Positions 26,889 through 37,632 of a stretch of DNA of 64,000 nt are shown piece after piece. Every line of letters starts with the position of its first letter. Within the stretch, counting starts at the first letter, position 1. The position numbers and the translations under genes are program-made. Origin of the DNA: Macrostomum lignano. Lineage: Eukaryota. The stretch covers positions 133,684 through 197,683 of the forward strand of contig NIVC01000232.1 in the NCBI GenBank assembly GCA_002269645.1, read 5' to 3'. Below the pieces are notes generated by a model that saw nothing but the letters and a program-made list of their open reading frames with translations, was not told where the DNA came from and searched no databases.

Positions 26889-28171
26889 CAGTCTTTGCCT
26901 AATATTTGCTACCATGACGGGTGGCCTTGGTATTGTATAAATAATTTGTTTATTGTGTACGAATCCTTGACTAAAATTTGATGTAAAATGAGCTGGAAGA
27001 GGCCTGCTTTTGACCTCTTTTGTAACTCAGAATGTATGCATTCTGATGCTGATGTCAGCATTCTCGGAGCCTACCGACAGTAGTGACTGTTGTTGCGGTT
27101 TCGATTCGGACATGTTGGACTCTCATCCCAGACCAGTTGTAGCATAAATGAAAAAAGTAGTGCGATGCGGTGGTTTTGTTGTTTGTCGAGTCTTGTGTGA
27201 AATTTGAAAGATTGCGTGAGGATCTTGAAGATTTCGGTGGCATGTGCTGGTTAATAATACATTGTAAATCAGCTCACTGAAATTTTCTGAAGTTTGTGGG
27301 CGTTATAACAAAATACTCCTTTGTTAAAACGAATTAACATACGGTAAGTAATATGAAATGTCAATATGTCATACTAATTAAATGCTGATAAACTAATGAT
27401 GCCGTATTATTTTTGAGGAACTTGCAAAATAATCTCATGACACACATTCTAGGAAAGTTTTTAAATTTAACGTGGTACTTTGGTGAGATTTTTCTTAAAT
27501 TGTACAGTACGGTACGCCACAAAATAAAGTACAGCAAGGTACGAGTAAAGCAATATACTAAAAATAAAAAGAAGATATTACTGTATACTAATAAACGCAA
27601 GCAGACTGACGCTCCTTACCTATTATTTTTGCTTTCTTTTTTCTTCTCTACTAGTAGACAATAGGTCTTAACAGAAGTTTAAAAAGCTCGAAATTTCACA
27701 CCGGTCAAAAGGAAGAATCGTTCATAAGCTAGAGACTTCGCTTGGTCCAAATGTCTTGCTAGTTTCTTCCGTTAACGAAATTAACGAAATTTTGGGCTTG
27801 TAAAAGCAACTCGCCTAAATGAGTATTACATTTGCCATGTGACTTGGGCTCCAGAAACTTGTGTTAGCTAACTAGCAATAATATCAATCAAACAAATTGG
27901 TTTACCAAAATGAAACTCATAGATGGAACTTAAGACGTCAGCACACAGCATCTGTTAGTCTAGATAATACTATACAAATATACTAGACGTTGTTCGCGGA
28001 TGTAATTAATATTTGGCTATAGATACCCTGACTGCAGGCTAATCAAATTCTCGAGAGTACCAAAGCAGACAAGCAGAGCAAACATTGTTGACCCTATAAG
28101 AGAAAACCCTAGGATCAAAATGAGACAGAATATAATATATCGAATTCGTGGAAACAGAGTCTGCCGAAATT

Positions 28172-31100
28172 ATGCAGCAGGTTAAGCTCGCCCTAACTCA
28201 AACGACTGCTCACGGACTGCCAAGAGTTCTCTCAAGCAAGCCAATCTATGTTAGAGTGGCTTGGCTACTTCTGTTCCTGCTCATGTTTGGTTTGTTTCTA
28301 GAGAGCTTCTGCAAGTTTGTCACTAAGCTGAGGTCCCGAAAAGTGACGAGTTCAATCGAATGGGAAGGCGAGAAGTTCCAGTTCCCGGATGTGTACATGT
28401 GCTTTGAGAATCCAGTGTCGGGCAGCTACTCCAGTTTCATGGACAGCGACACTGTGGTGGCAATCAATGATAGCTTTAGCCAATGCGTGGCCCAGCTGAA
28501 GCAGTTTGCGAATAAGCATAATTTCAGCGACGAATACACGGATCAAATAATCGCTAGTAGCAGCTTAATGTTTTTACAAGGTCTACCATACAAGTTGCTA
28601 TTCGACAAGCTGGCTCACAGAGTCGAACAAAGCGTCATTTCAAGCAGCATAATGTATCTACACGAAACTGGACTGCCAACTTCTGTTTCAGTAGAAACCA
28701 AGGCATTCAACCATCCGCTGTATCTTCGCTGCCTAAAGTGGACTATCAACAGTACACTGCAAGATAAAGTGACCGCGTCCGAGTACTGGGCGGGACTCAC
28801 TGTTACTCTGCTATTGGACACAAACTCGTCCTTTGTAAAACCTAGCCGTAGTCATCTTTCTTCGTGGAAAACCGGCTTCCCAGACGGCACAGAGATCCCA
28901 GTGTCCGACTGGCTGCTGTCAGTGAACGGCTTTGCAGAACCGGACAGATTGGCTGCAGTGAAGCTTTTTCTAAGCCCACCTGGCGACTATCCGTCTGAAT
29001 TTGTGAGCTCCTTCTCGCTGAGTCCTGGGAAATATCACACCGTCGAAATTGAAATGGTTAGAAAGGGGATGTCAACTTAAGCACCAGAATGGAGCCCGAA
29101 GTTCAGCTCCGGCCCAAACCGACTGCAATCGATAACTTGTCGGCCCAGACGACTAGAATCGCCGAGACATCCCATCCGGCTCCCTTCCTTGGGGTCCCAG
29201 GGGATAAAGGGGATAAAATGGGGATCTCATGTCAACTTAAGGCTCTGGAATGGAGCCCGAAGTTCAGCTCCGGACCAAACCGACTGCAATCGATAACTTG
29301 TCGGCCCAGACGACTAGAATCGCCGAGACATCCCATCCGGCTCCCTTCCTTGGGGTCCCAGGGGATAAAGGGGATAAAATGGGGATCTCATGTCAACTTA
29401 AGGCTCTGGAATGGAGCCCGAAGTTCAGCTCCGGCCCAAACCGACTGCAATCGATAACTTGTCGGCCCAGACGACTAGAATCGCCGAGACATCCCATCCG
29501 GCTCCCTTCCTTGGGGTCCCAGGGGATAAAGGGGATAAAATGGGGATCTCATGTCAACTTAAGGCTCTGGAATGGAGCCCGAAGTTCAGCTCCGGCCCAA
29601 ACCGACTGCAATCGATAACTTGTCGGCCCAGACGACTAGAATCGCCGAGACATCCCATCCGGCTCCCTTCCTTGGGCTGACTGAAACTCCTCTCGCTGGC
29701 CCCTAAACTGTTGCTCAGTAGGCTTTCGCTGCTGTGGTAAAGCGTTTTCTCTAGCATAAAGTCTGGCAACAAGGCTGCGTGGAAGAGCGAAATCAACAAA
29801 GCGAAGGCCGGCACCAGACCTTCGATAGCTACATATGTATCTTGGTGGTAAGCGTAGCAGCCCAGGAGTTTGAGCACTGCCATTACGCTCGTACATGACA
29901 ATCGCAGCCTGCAGTCCTACTTCCTGCTTTTGCTGACGAGTAGAAGCCAGGAAGAAGTTGCAATCCTGGATCTCTAAAACCAAAGCGATTGTCCGCTGCT
30001 GTCACACACTCTAAGAATCACGCGGTAGGATTTTGAATTATGGCGCGAGAAAACGACAGCTAGAAAAATCAAGACGGATGCCACCGACCGAATCGGTTGC
30101 TCCAGTTTTCTAGCGGCGTCGCTTGCCGAAACTTCCAACACTCCCGGCGGCTTGGATGTGTAACTCAAAGTCTCTCCAGGAGTCACCTTCGTAGCTATCG
30201 AGAACCTCCTTGACACGAATGTTTTGAATGTAATAATCGGCTTGATTTAGTTGATACGGATCCACCGAAACCTCTGACAAATTCACTGTGTGAATTCGGG
30301 GGAACCCCGAGCTTTTTGGATCCAGCGGGTTGACAGCAATCCATGCCCTTGTGTTAGCAGGGGGGCACGCTTCAGATCACAGTTGAAGTGCAGCTGCTCA
30401 ATTTCGTCAAGTTCGTTGGACAAGAGCACTCGGCGCATGAAATTCTGCCCGAATTCGAACAACGATAGCCCTGTCCATGACGGTGGAGCTGTTTAAATGA
30501 TTCAAAACCTGGATGCGCCCGGTTGTACTTTGCCATCGAGGTCTCGATAACAACGTCTAATCGGCAGGGCTCACTGAAGCCGGCTGACGGCAGCCACTGA
30601 TACGGTTTGTGCCTCTCGTTAAAACATTTGTCCTGCTTAATGGCAGCAAAGCAGCACATAGCGGAACATAGTGGCACAGCGGATGTCTCGGCGATTCTAG
30701 TCGTCTGGGCCGACAAGTTATCGATTTCAGTCGGTTTGGGCCGGAGCTGAACTTCGGGCTCCATTCCAGAGCCTTAAGTTGACATGAGATCCCCATTTTA
30801 TCCCCTTTATCCCCTGGGACCCCAAGGAAGGGAGCCGGATGGGATGTCTCGGCGATTCTAGTCGTCTGGGCCGACAAGTTATCGATTGCAGTCGGTTTGG
30901 GCCGGAGCTGAACTTCGGGCTCCATTCCAGAGCCTTAAGTTGACATGAGATCCCCATTTTATCCCCTTTATCCCCTGGGACCCCAAGGAAGGGAGCCGGA
31001 TGGGATGTCTCGGCGATTCTAGTCGTCTGGGCCGACAAGTTATCGATTGCAGTCGGTTTGGTCCGGAGCTGAACTTCGGGCTCCATTCCAGAGCCTTAAG

Positions 31101-32222
31101 TTGACATGAGATCCCCATTTTATCCCCTTTATCCCCTGGGACCCCAAGGAAGGGAGCCGGATGGGATGTCTCGGCGATTCTAGTCGTCTGGGCCGACAAG
31201 TTATCGATTGCAGTCGGTTTGGGCCGGAGCTGAACTTCGGGCTCCATTCCAGAGCCTTAAGTTGACATGAGATCCCCATTTTATCCCCTTTATCCCCTGG
31301 GACCCCAAGGAAGGGAGCCGGATGGGATGTCTCGGCGATTCTAGTCGTCTGGGCCGACAAGTTATCGATTGCAGTCGGTTTGGTCCGGAGCTGAACTTCG
31401 GGCTCCATTCTGGTGCTTAAGTTGACATCCCCTTTATTCACAGAGAACCAGTTTGACTGTCTGCCCCAACTGTCCGAAGTTCATTTTACGAATCCTTACG
31501 ACCTGTCTGCGCACAGCCATGCGTACAGTTATTCTTACTGCTACTACTATGAGTACCATCGGCAGTTTCAATCGACTTACAATATCTCTGGCTTAATAAA
31601 CCCTCTACCATGGCAACTAAGGAATCGTAACTATTTGTATAATTGTTCGGCTACGATAAACTATTTGACGATGGATGTCAAAAACGGTTCCCTTTCAGCA
31701 GCGATCCAGAGTGTGTCAGGCAATGTTCGGACTGCATGCAAAGGAAAACGACTTTGCAGCACACTGGACTACAGTGCCAGCATCTCCAGTGCCGACTGGC
31801 CGACTCAAAGCTCTCTGAATTCGTTTATCAGTTTCTCTGTGAGGCAGGCCTGGTCAAGAGCCAAGGCCAGAAACCTTAGCGTACCTGCGCTCGACTTTCT
31901 CATGACTGGCAACGCATCGAGTGTTGCCACCTATGTTCGCGACAACTTGCTTAAAGTTCACATTAAACCAGGTTGCGTTATGTGCAATAAGATCACGTTT
32001 TCTATTGACTATGACTTCTCAAGTTTCGTCTCAGAGGTAGGCGGCATCATGGGGATTTATCTGGGCATGTCGCTGCTGACTCTGTGCGAACTGCTCGAGC
32101 TGCTTCACGACATTATTGTATGGTATTGTAAAAGGGTCGATCGGGTGTCTTCTGAGGAGCGAGATTCTGATGGCAAAACTTCTGCATCATCCGTATCTGT
32201 TGTTGAAATCGACATGGACTGA
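28172..32222 (+). pseudogene. DEG/ENaC copy 7, interrupted by a 2368-bp transposon. Coding halves 28172-29064 and 31433-32222
   Basis: Removing 29065-31432 restores ATG GTT AGA AA|T TTA TTC ACA GAG = MVRNLFTENQFDC, colinear with paralogs (MIRSAFKEDQFDC). Both halves are otherwise stop-free. Confidence 0.92.
29065..31432. mobile_element. Non-autonomous foldback DNA transposon with modular 161-bp-repeat TIRs, inserted at AAA|TTT with no TSD (Spy-like)
   Basis: Termini GGGGATGTCAACTTAAGCACCAGAATGGAGCCC... and its reverse complement. Left arm 29065-29676 (~4 units), right arm 30681-31432 (~5 units), ~1 kb unique core. Flanks AGAAA and TTTATT rejoin in frame. Confidence 0.85.
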
Positions 32223-32486
32223 CGGCCAAATACGAGCGTTCCTTCGATTTAAAAAATCGAAGATATACATTCAACTAATACTACTTCTTTTGAAGCGAAA
32301 AATACAAATTAGATTGATGCATTGCAATTTTATGAAATTGCTCATGGTTTCAAACTCGCATTACGCAACAGAGAAAAAATTTCGAGCAGCTTTTAACTTT
32401 TTTTTGCTCACACGTTATGGAGACTAGGTTTCATGAAGTAAGATATCTGTAAAGTTTAAGGTTTGTGTGGTTTTGAGTATGTGAAT

Positions 32487-33053
32487 TTTAGGGTTTGTGA
32501 ATCTAGTGGTTTGTGAATCTAGTGGTTTGTGAAGTCTAGGGTTTGTGAAGTCTAGGGTTTGTGAAGAATAGGGTTTGTGAAGAATAGGGTTTGGTAAGTC
32601 TAGGGTTTGTGATGTCTATGGTTTGTGAAGAATAGGGTTTGTTAAGTCTAGGGTTTGTGAAGAATAGGGTTTGTGAAGGCTTGGGTTTGTGAAGTCTAGG
32701 GTTTGTGAAGAATATGGTTTGTGAAGTCTAGGGTTTGTAAAGTCTAGGGTTTGTGAAGTCTAGGGTTTGTGAAGAATAGGGTTTGTGAAGAATAGGGTTT
32801 GTTAAGTCTAGGGTTTGTAAAGTCTAGGGTTTGTGAAGAATAGGGTTTGTGAAGTCTACGGTTCGTGAAGTCTAGGGTTTGTGAAGAATAGGGTTTGTGA
32901 AGGCTTGGGTTTGTGAAGTCTAGGGTTTGTGAAGAATAGGGTTTGTGAAGTCTACGGTTCGTGAAGTCTAGGGTTTGTGAAGAATAGGGTTTGTGAAGGC
33001 TTGGGTTTGTGAAGGCTAGGGTTTGTGAAGTCTAGGGTTTGTGAAGTTTAGGG
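32487..33053. repeat. 16-bp minisatellite TAGGGTTTGTGAAG(TC/AA), telomere-like core
   Basis: Direct tandem units, with TTTAGGG at both array ends. Confidence 0.93.
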
Positions 33054-33109
33054 CCGTGCCATCTATCGCCCATCTCCTCACAAAAACAGGCCCTCTCAAA
33101 AAACCAAGA

Positions 33110-33340
33110 GATTGGGACGCCCACCAAGAGACAGGGGCGCCCACCATGAGACAGGGACGCCCACCAAGAGACAGGGACGCGCGCCCACCAAGAGACAGGG
33201 GTGCCCACCAAGAGACAGGGGCGCCCACCAGAGACAGGGGCGCCCACCAAGAGACAGGGGCGCCCACCAAGAGCTGTCAAACAAAAGGCAGGGATGCCCA
33301 ACAAGAGACTGAGCCGCTCACCATAAAGAGACAGGGTCGC
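33110..33340. repeat. ~20-bp minisatellite GGGCGCCCACCAAGAGACAG
   Basis: About ten imperfect tandem units. Confidence 0.85.
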
Positions 33341-33920
33341 CCATCTGTCTTTAATCTTCGCCCTACAAACTTTTAGAAGATTCAATAAAACAAGATAAGA
33401 AAGCTTTAGATTCTTGAGGTCTGAAGACTATAATTTAATATAATGTTGAGAAAATACAGCTATGAAGTTTCATGTAACCAGGAATAATGTCGACTGCGAT
33501 TCCCTCAGAAAAAAATTCAAACAGGTGTTTTATTGCAATCTTTTTTGTTGACACGCGTGTTAATTATTATAGCTCATGATTAGTGAGTCCATAGCCAGAC
33601 ATATCAGGCTCTTAAAGTGTAACATTGATGCTTTACATAAGCAGCTAATTGGGAAAGGTTTCTGCATTATCATAAAGCAAACAAGGGCGAAATTAATTAA
33701 ACTGGCTCATAGGAAAAAAGTAAATTTGTTCTTATCAATTACATGGCTCATGGATTGGATCAAGCTTGATTGCCTGCCCAACTTGAATGAGTTATGGTCT
33801 GGCGTTTATTAGTTCTATCTAGAGCAGCAAGCAAATAATCGAAGTCGTTGGAACTGTGTCCACACACACGGAGAGTTGACACAGTGGATAGAAAACTAGA
33901 CGTAAAAATCCCATGACTGC

Positions 33921-35684
33921 ATGGTTGAGAGGAACTCGCAGCAGACGCAATATAACTGCATTAGTGTAGCCCTTGAAAAACTGAACACGACAGACGACAT
34001 GCAACAGCTAAAGAGTGCTTTGAGCTCTACGACGTCACATGGACTGCCTAGAATTGTCTCGAACAGGCCTGTCTATGTCAGGGTTGCCTGGCTTCTTCTG
34101 TTTCTGCTCATGTTCAGCCTGTTTCTCAAGAGCTTCTCCGAGTTTGTCATCAAGCTGAAATCGCATAAAGTGACCAGCTCTATTGAATCGGAGAGCGAGA
34201 AGTTTCAATTCCCGGACCTGTACATGTGTTTTGAAAACCCGTTCTCTGCCAGCTACTCGGGAAATATTGATCTCAGCACTGCGGCAGCTATCAATTATAC
34301 ATTTAACCGCTGGGAGAGTCAGTATCGAGCTTTATTAGAATACTTTAATATAACTGGACCAGATGCGGCAGAAAAAGTCCGGGACTATAGTCTGCTGGCC
34401 CTGCAAGGTCTGCCCTACAAGCTGCTTTTCGACAAGTTCGCTCACAGAGTCGAACAGAGCGTCATCGAAAGCAACATTATCTACATTCAGGAAAATGGAA
34501 CTCCAGGTTCCGCAGCCATAAAATCTACTGAGTTCAATCATCCGATGTACCTCCGGTGTCTCCAATGGACCATTAACAGTACCTGGCAGGGGAAAATGAC
34601 AACAGCTGAGTCTTGGGCGGGACTTACAGTCACCATTCTGTTGGACACTAATTCGTCTTTATTGGAGTCTGCAGGTTATCCACCGATCCCAAGGACTTAT
34701 TTCAAAGGCGGCACGGAGATCCCAGTATCTGACTGGCTCTTGTCGATGAATGGCTACACACAGGCGGACAGAGTCACTGGACTAAAGGTGTTCTTGAGCC
34801 CGCCTGGCGAGTACCCGTCCGACTTTGTGAGTTCATTCTCATTGGGACCTGGAAAATTTCACTCTGTGGAGATCGAAATGATTCGAAGTGCTTTCAAAGA
34901 GGATCAGTTCGACTGTCTTACCAAGCAACCTGAAGTTGAGTTTACGAATCCTTACGATCTGTCTGCGTACAGCCATGCGTACAGTTATTCTTACTGCTAC
35001 TACTATGAGTACCATAAGCAAGCGCAACAGCTTTACAACCTATCCGGCAACATTAACCCGTTACCGTGGCCTCTGAGGCATAAGAAATACTTTTACAACG
35101 TAACAAATACACCAAATTGTTTTACATACTATTTTTTGGGAAAATTTTACGAAGAGGATCCTAATTTTTCGGATAAAATCCGAATTGCCTGCAAAGGGAG
35201 GCGACTTTGCGAAGCAACGGATTACAGTGCCAGCATCTCCAGCGCTGACTGGCCTACACAGAGCTCTCTGTCTGCTTTCATCAACACCTCAGTGAGGCAT
35301 GCGTGGGCAACAGCAAAGTCCAGGAACCTCAGCGTACCTGCACTCGACTTTCTCATGACTGGCAACGCATCGAGCGTAGCCTCGTATGTGCAGAGCAACC
35401 TTCTCAAAGTCTATTTCAAGCCAAGATGCCTGATGTGCAACAGAATCTTTTTCTCTATTGACTACGGATTCTTGAATTTTGTCTCAGAGGTAGGCGGCGT
35501 GATGGGCATCTACTTGGGCATGTCGCTGCTGACACTGTGCGAGCTGCTTGAGCTGCTCTACAGCATTATTGCCAGCCGTTATTGTGCGAAAGGCGACAAT
35601 GCTTCGTTAGAAAAAGCTCGGGAACAAACCAACGATAGAACCGTAATGCAGTCGTCATCGAGTTCTACTGTTTTACCGGCTTAG
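33921..35684 (+). CDS. DEG/ENaC subunit, copy 8 (intact; alternative ATG at 33999)
   Basis: TSHGLPR, FPDLYMCFEN, GLKVFLSPPGEYP, SEVGGVMGIYLGMS. Confidence 0.95.
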   Translation: MVERNSQQTQYNCISVALEKLNTTDDMQQLKSALSSTTSHGLPRIVSNRPVYVRVAWLLLFLLMFSLFLKSFSEFVIKLKSHKVTSSIESESEKFQFPDLYMCFENPFSASYSGNIDLSTAAAINYTFNRWESQYRALLEYFNITGPDAAEKVRDYSLLALQGLPYKLLFDKFAHRVEQSVIESNIIYIQENGTPGSAAIKSTEFNHPMYLRCLQWTINSTWQGKMTTAESWAGLTVTILLDTNSSLLESAGYPPIPRTYFKGGTEIPVSDWLLSMNGYTQADRVTGLKVFLSPPGEYPSDFVSSFSLGPGKFHSVEIEMIRSAFKEDQFDCLTKQPEVEFTNPYDLSAYSHAYSYSYCYYYEYHKQAQQLYNLSGNINPLPWPLRHKKYFYNVTNTPNCFTYYFLGKFYEEDPNFSDKIRIACKGRRLCEATDYSASISSADWPTQSSLSAFINTSVRHAWATAKSRNLSVPALDFLMTGNASSVASYVQSNLLKVYFKPRCLMCNRIFFSIDYGFLNFVSEVGGVMGIYLGMSLLTLCELLELLYSIIASRYCAKGDNASLEKAREQTNDRTVMQSSSSSTVLPA

Positions 35685-36166
35685 ATAAATCCATAACCGT
35701 CGCATAGCTACTTACAATATTCAAACTGATCTTGAATCTGTTGTAACGGTGTATTGATTTTTTTCAAAGTCTACGTTGGGATTCGAAGGCATGTGCATGT
35801 ACTACGCGTATCTACAATGAATTACATGTACATGTACGAATTAGTATGATGCACGCGGTTTCTACAATGATAAAAGGCGATCGTTTTTCCTATGTAAAAA
35901 TAAATTTCTTCTATTAACAGCGAACTTTTTAAAAGGAATACTTTTAACTGGACTTTAAAATAATATCTAAAAACACAGTACATGCACGTTCATTTTACGT
36001 GCAACTTTCAAATGCCACGGCTTCTTTTTCCTTTAAGCTACTAGAAACCGTTACGACTCGTAAATGGCACACGTGTGCATGTATCATACATGTACGTTAG
36101 CAAGCACAAAATTCTTCATGTTTGTTCTTGATTTTAAATAGCTAATTAAAACCGAAAGTGCCTTTA

Positions 36167-36690
36167 GCACCAAGGGGCGCCAAGCACCAAGGGGCGCCAA
36201 GCACCAAGGGGCGCCAAGCACCAAGGGGCGCCAAGCACCAAGGGGCGCCAAGCACCAAGGGGCGCCAAGCACCAAGGGGCGCCAAGCACCAAGGGGCGCC
36301 AAGCACCAAGGGGCGCCAAGCACCAAGGGGCGCCAAGCACCAAGGGGTGCCAAGCACCAAGGGGCGCCAAGCACCAAGGGGCGCCAAGCACCAAGGGGCG
36401 CCAAGCACCAAGGGGCGCCAAGCACCAAGGGGCGCCAAGCACCAAGGGGCGCCAAGCACCAAGGGGCGCCAGCACCAAGGGGCGCCAGCACCAAGGGGCG
36501 CCAGCACCAAGGGGCTCCAGCACCAAGGGGCGCCAGCACCAAGGGGCGCCAGCACCAAGGGGCGCCAGCACCAAGGGGCGCCAGCACCAAGGGGCGCCAG
36601 CACCAAGGGGCGCCAGCACCAAGGGGCGCCATCACCAAGGGGCGCCAGCACCATGCAATAGCACCATGCAATAGCACCATGCAATAGCAC
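36167..36690. repeat. 17-bp minisatellite GCACCAAGGGGCGCCAA, switching to a 16-bp unit at ~36466, then 3x GCACCATGCAATA
   Basis: Direct tandem units visible. The overlapping LAPLGAW-type ORFs are by-products. Confidence 0.97.
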
Positions 36691-36703
36691 CATATAGTCA
36701 ACC

Positions 36704-37632
36704 TAATGGTGATGGACTGGGTGCTCAGGACCGGCCTGCCGACATCAGAGGACGGCTTTCTGCTGCAAAGGCGCACCAGTAGACGGCACCCGGAGAAGAA
36801 ACTGTCTGTCCTTGGCTACGCGGACGACCTCGCCCTGCTGTCTTCCACGGCCGAAGGCGCCCAACGGCTGCTGGACGGCCTGACTGCGGCGGCGGCGAGG
36901 GTCGGTCTCGTCATCAACGCCAGGAAGACCGAGGTGCTGACGGTGCCGCATGATCTACCCGCCGAGATTCGACTTCGAGACGGCGACGGCCCCGGGACGG
37001 CGCTCCCGAAGTGCCTTCAGTTCGTCTACCTCGGCGGACTGGTGCCGGACATCGGTGACGACCTAGCGAGACGGCGCGGCAAGGCCTGGGCTGCCTTCCG
37101 ATCTGTGCGGGCGGTGCTGCTCTCCGAGGCCCTGTCCGACGGCGCCAGGTCCCAGCTGTTCCAGGCGGTTGTTGAGACCGCCCTGCTGTACAATGCTGAG
37201 ACCTGGACGCTGACCGGGGCGCTTGAGGCGCAGCTCGACGCGGCGCATGCGGCCCTAGTCCGCGCCGCTTTCGGCGCCCGCCGCGGCCCTGGCAGCGAGA
37301 CAACCGAGTCCCTGTACAAACGCACAGGCCTGACGCGGCCTTCTGCCCTGCTGAGTCAGCGGCGCCTGCGGCTTGCCGGACATGTCATCCGGGCCGAAGC
37401 CTACTGCCCAGAGCCGCTGCAGGACGTCCTGCTGTGGACCCCGCAGGGACCGCGCAGGCGTGGTCAGGGACGATCAGCCCGCTACGTCGACCGCCTTTTT
37501 GAAGATGCGCGAGCACCCAGCCAGACGGCCGGTGTGAAGCACATTAGAGACCTGGCTCTGAAACGCGCGATTTGACGCTCCCCCCTCTTGGCCACTCCCG
37601 TGGCTGGCGTGGGGCGTAACTATTATTATTAT
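36704..37632 (+). mobile_element. 5'-truncated RTE-clade LINE (RT C-terminal part, ORF 36706-37575)
   Basis: LGYADDLALL (YADD), ALLYNAETWTL and RLRLAGHVIR motifs. GC-rich, (ATT)n tail, 9-bp TSD TAGTCAACC at 36695-36703 and 37633-37641. Confidence 0.93.

Noticed and set aside
29089-31441. Repeated MEPEVQLRPKP... ORFs on both strands
   Set aside because: By-products of the 161-bp TIR units; no protein motif recognised.
11657-35407. Antisense and alternate-frame ORFs overlapping the channel genes
   Set aside because: Shadows of GC-balanced coding sequence that recur with the paralogs; no independent motifs.
36084-36776. Long ORFs such as LAPLGAWRPLVLGAPWC (also 62423-63303, 54359-55576, 56647-57339, 58392-58767, 43611-44262, 47545-47880, 33016-33385, 63689-63997)
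   Set aside because: They are translations of stop-free minisatellites in several frames and on both strands, with no unique domain or splice context.
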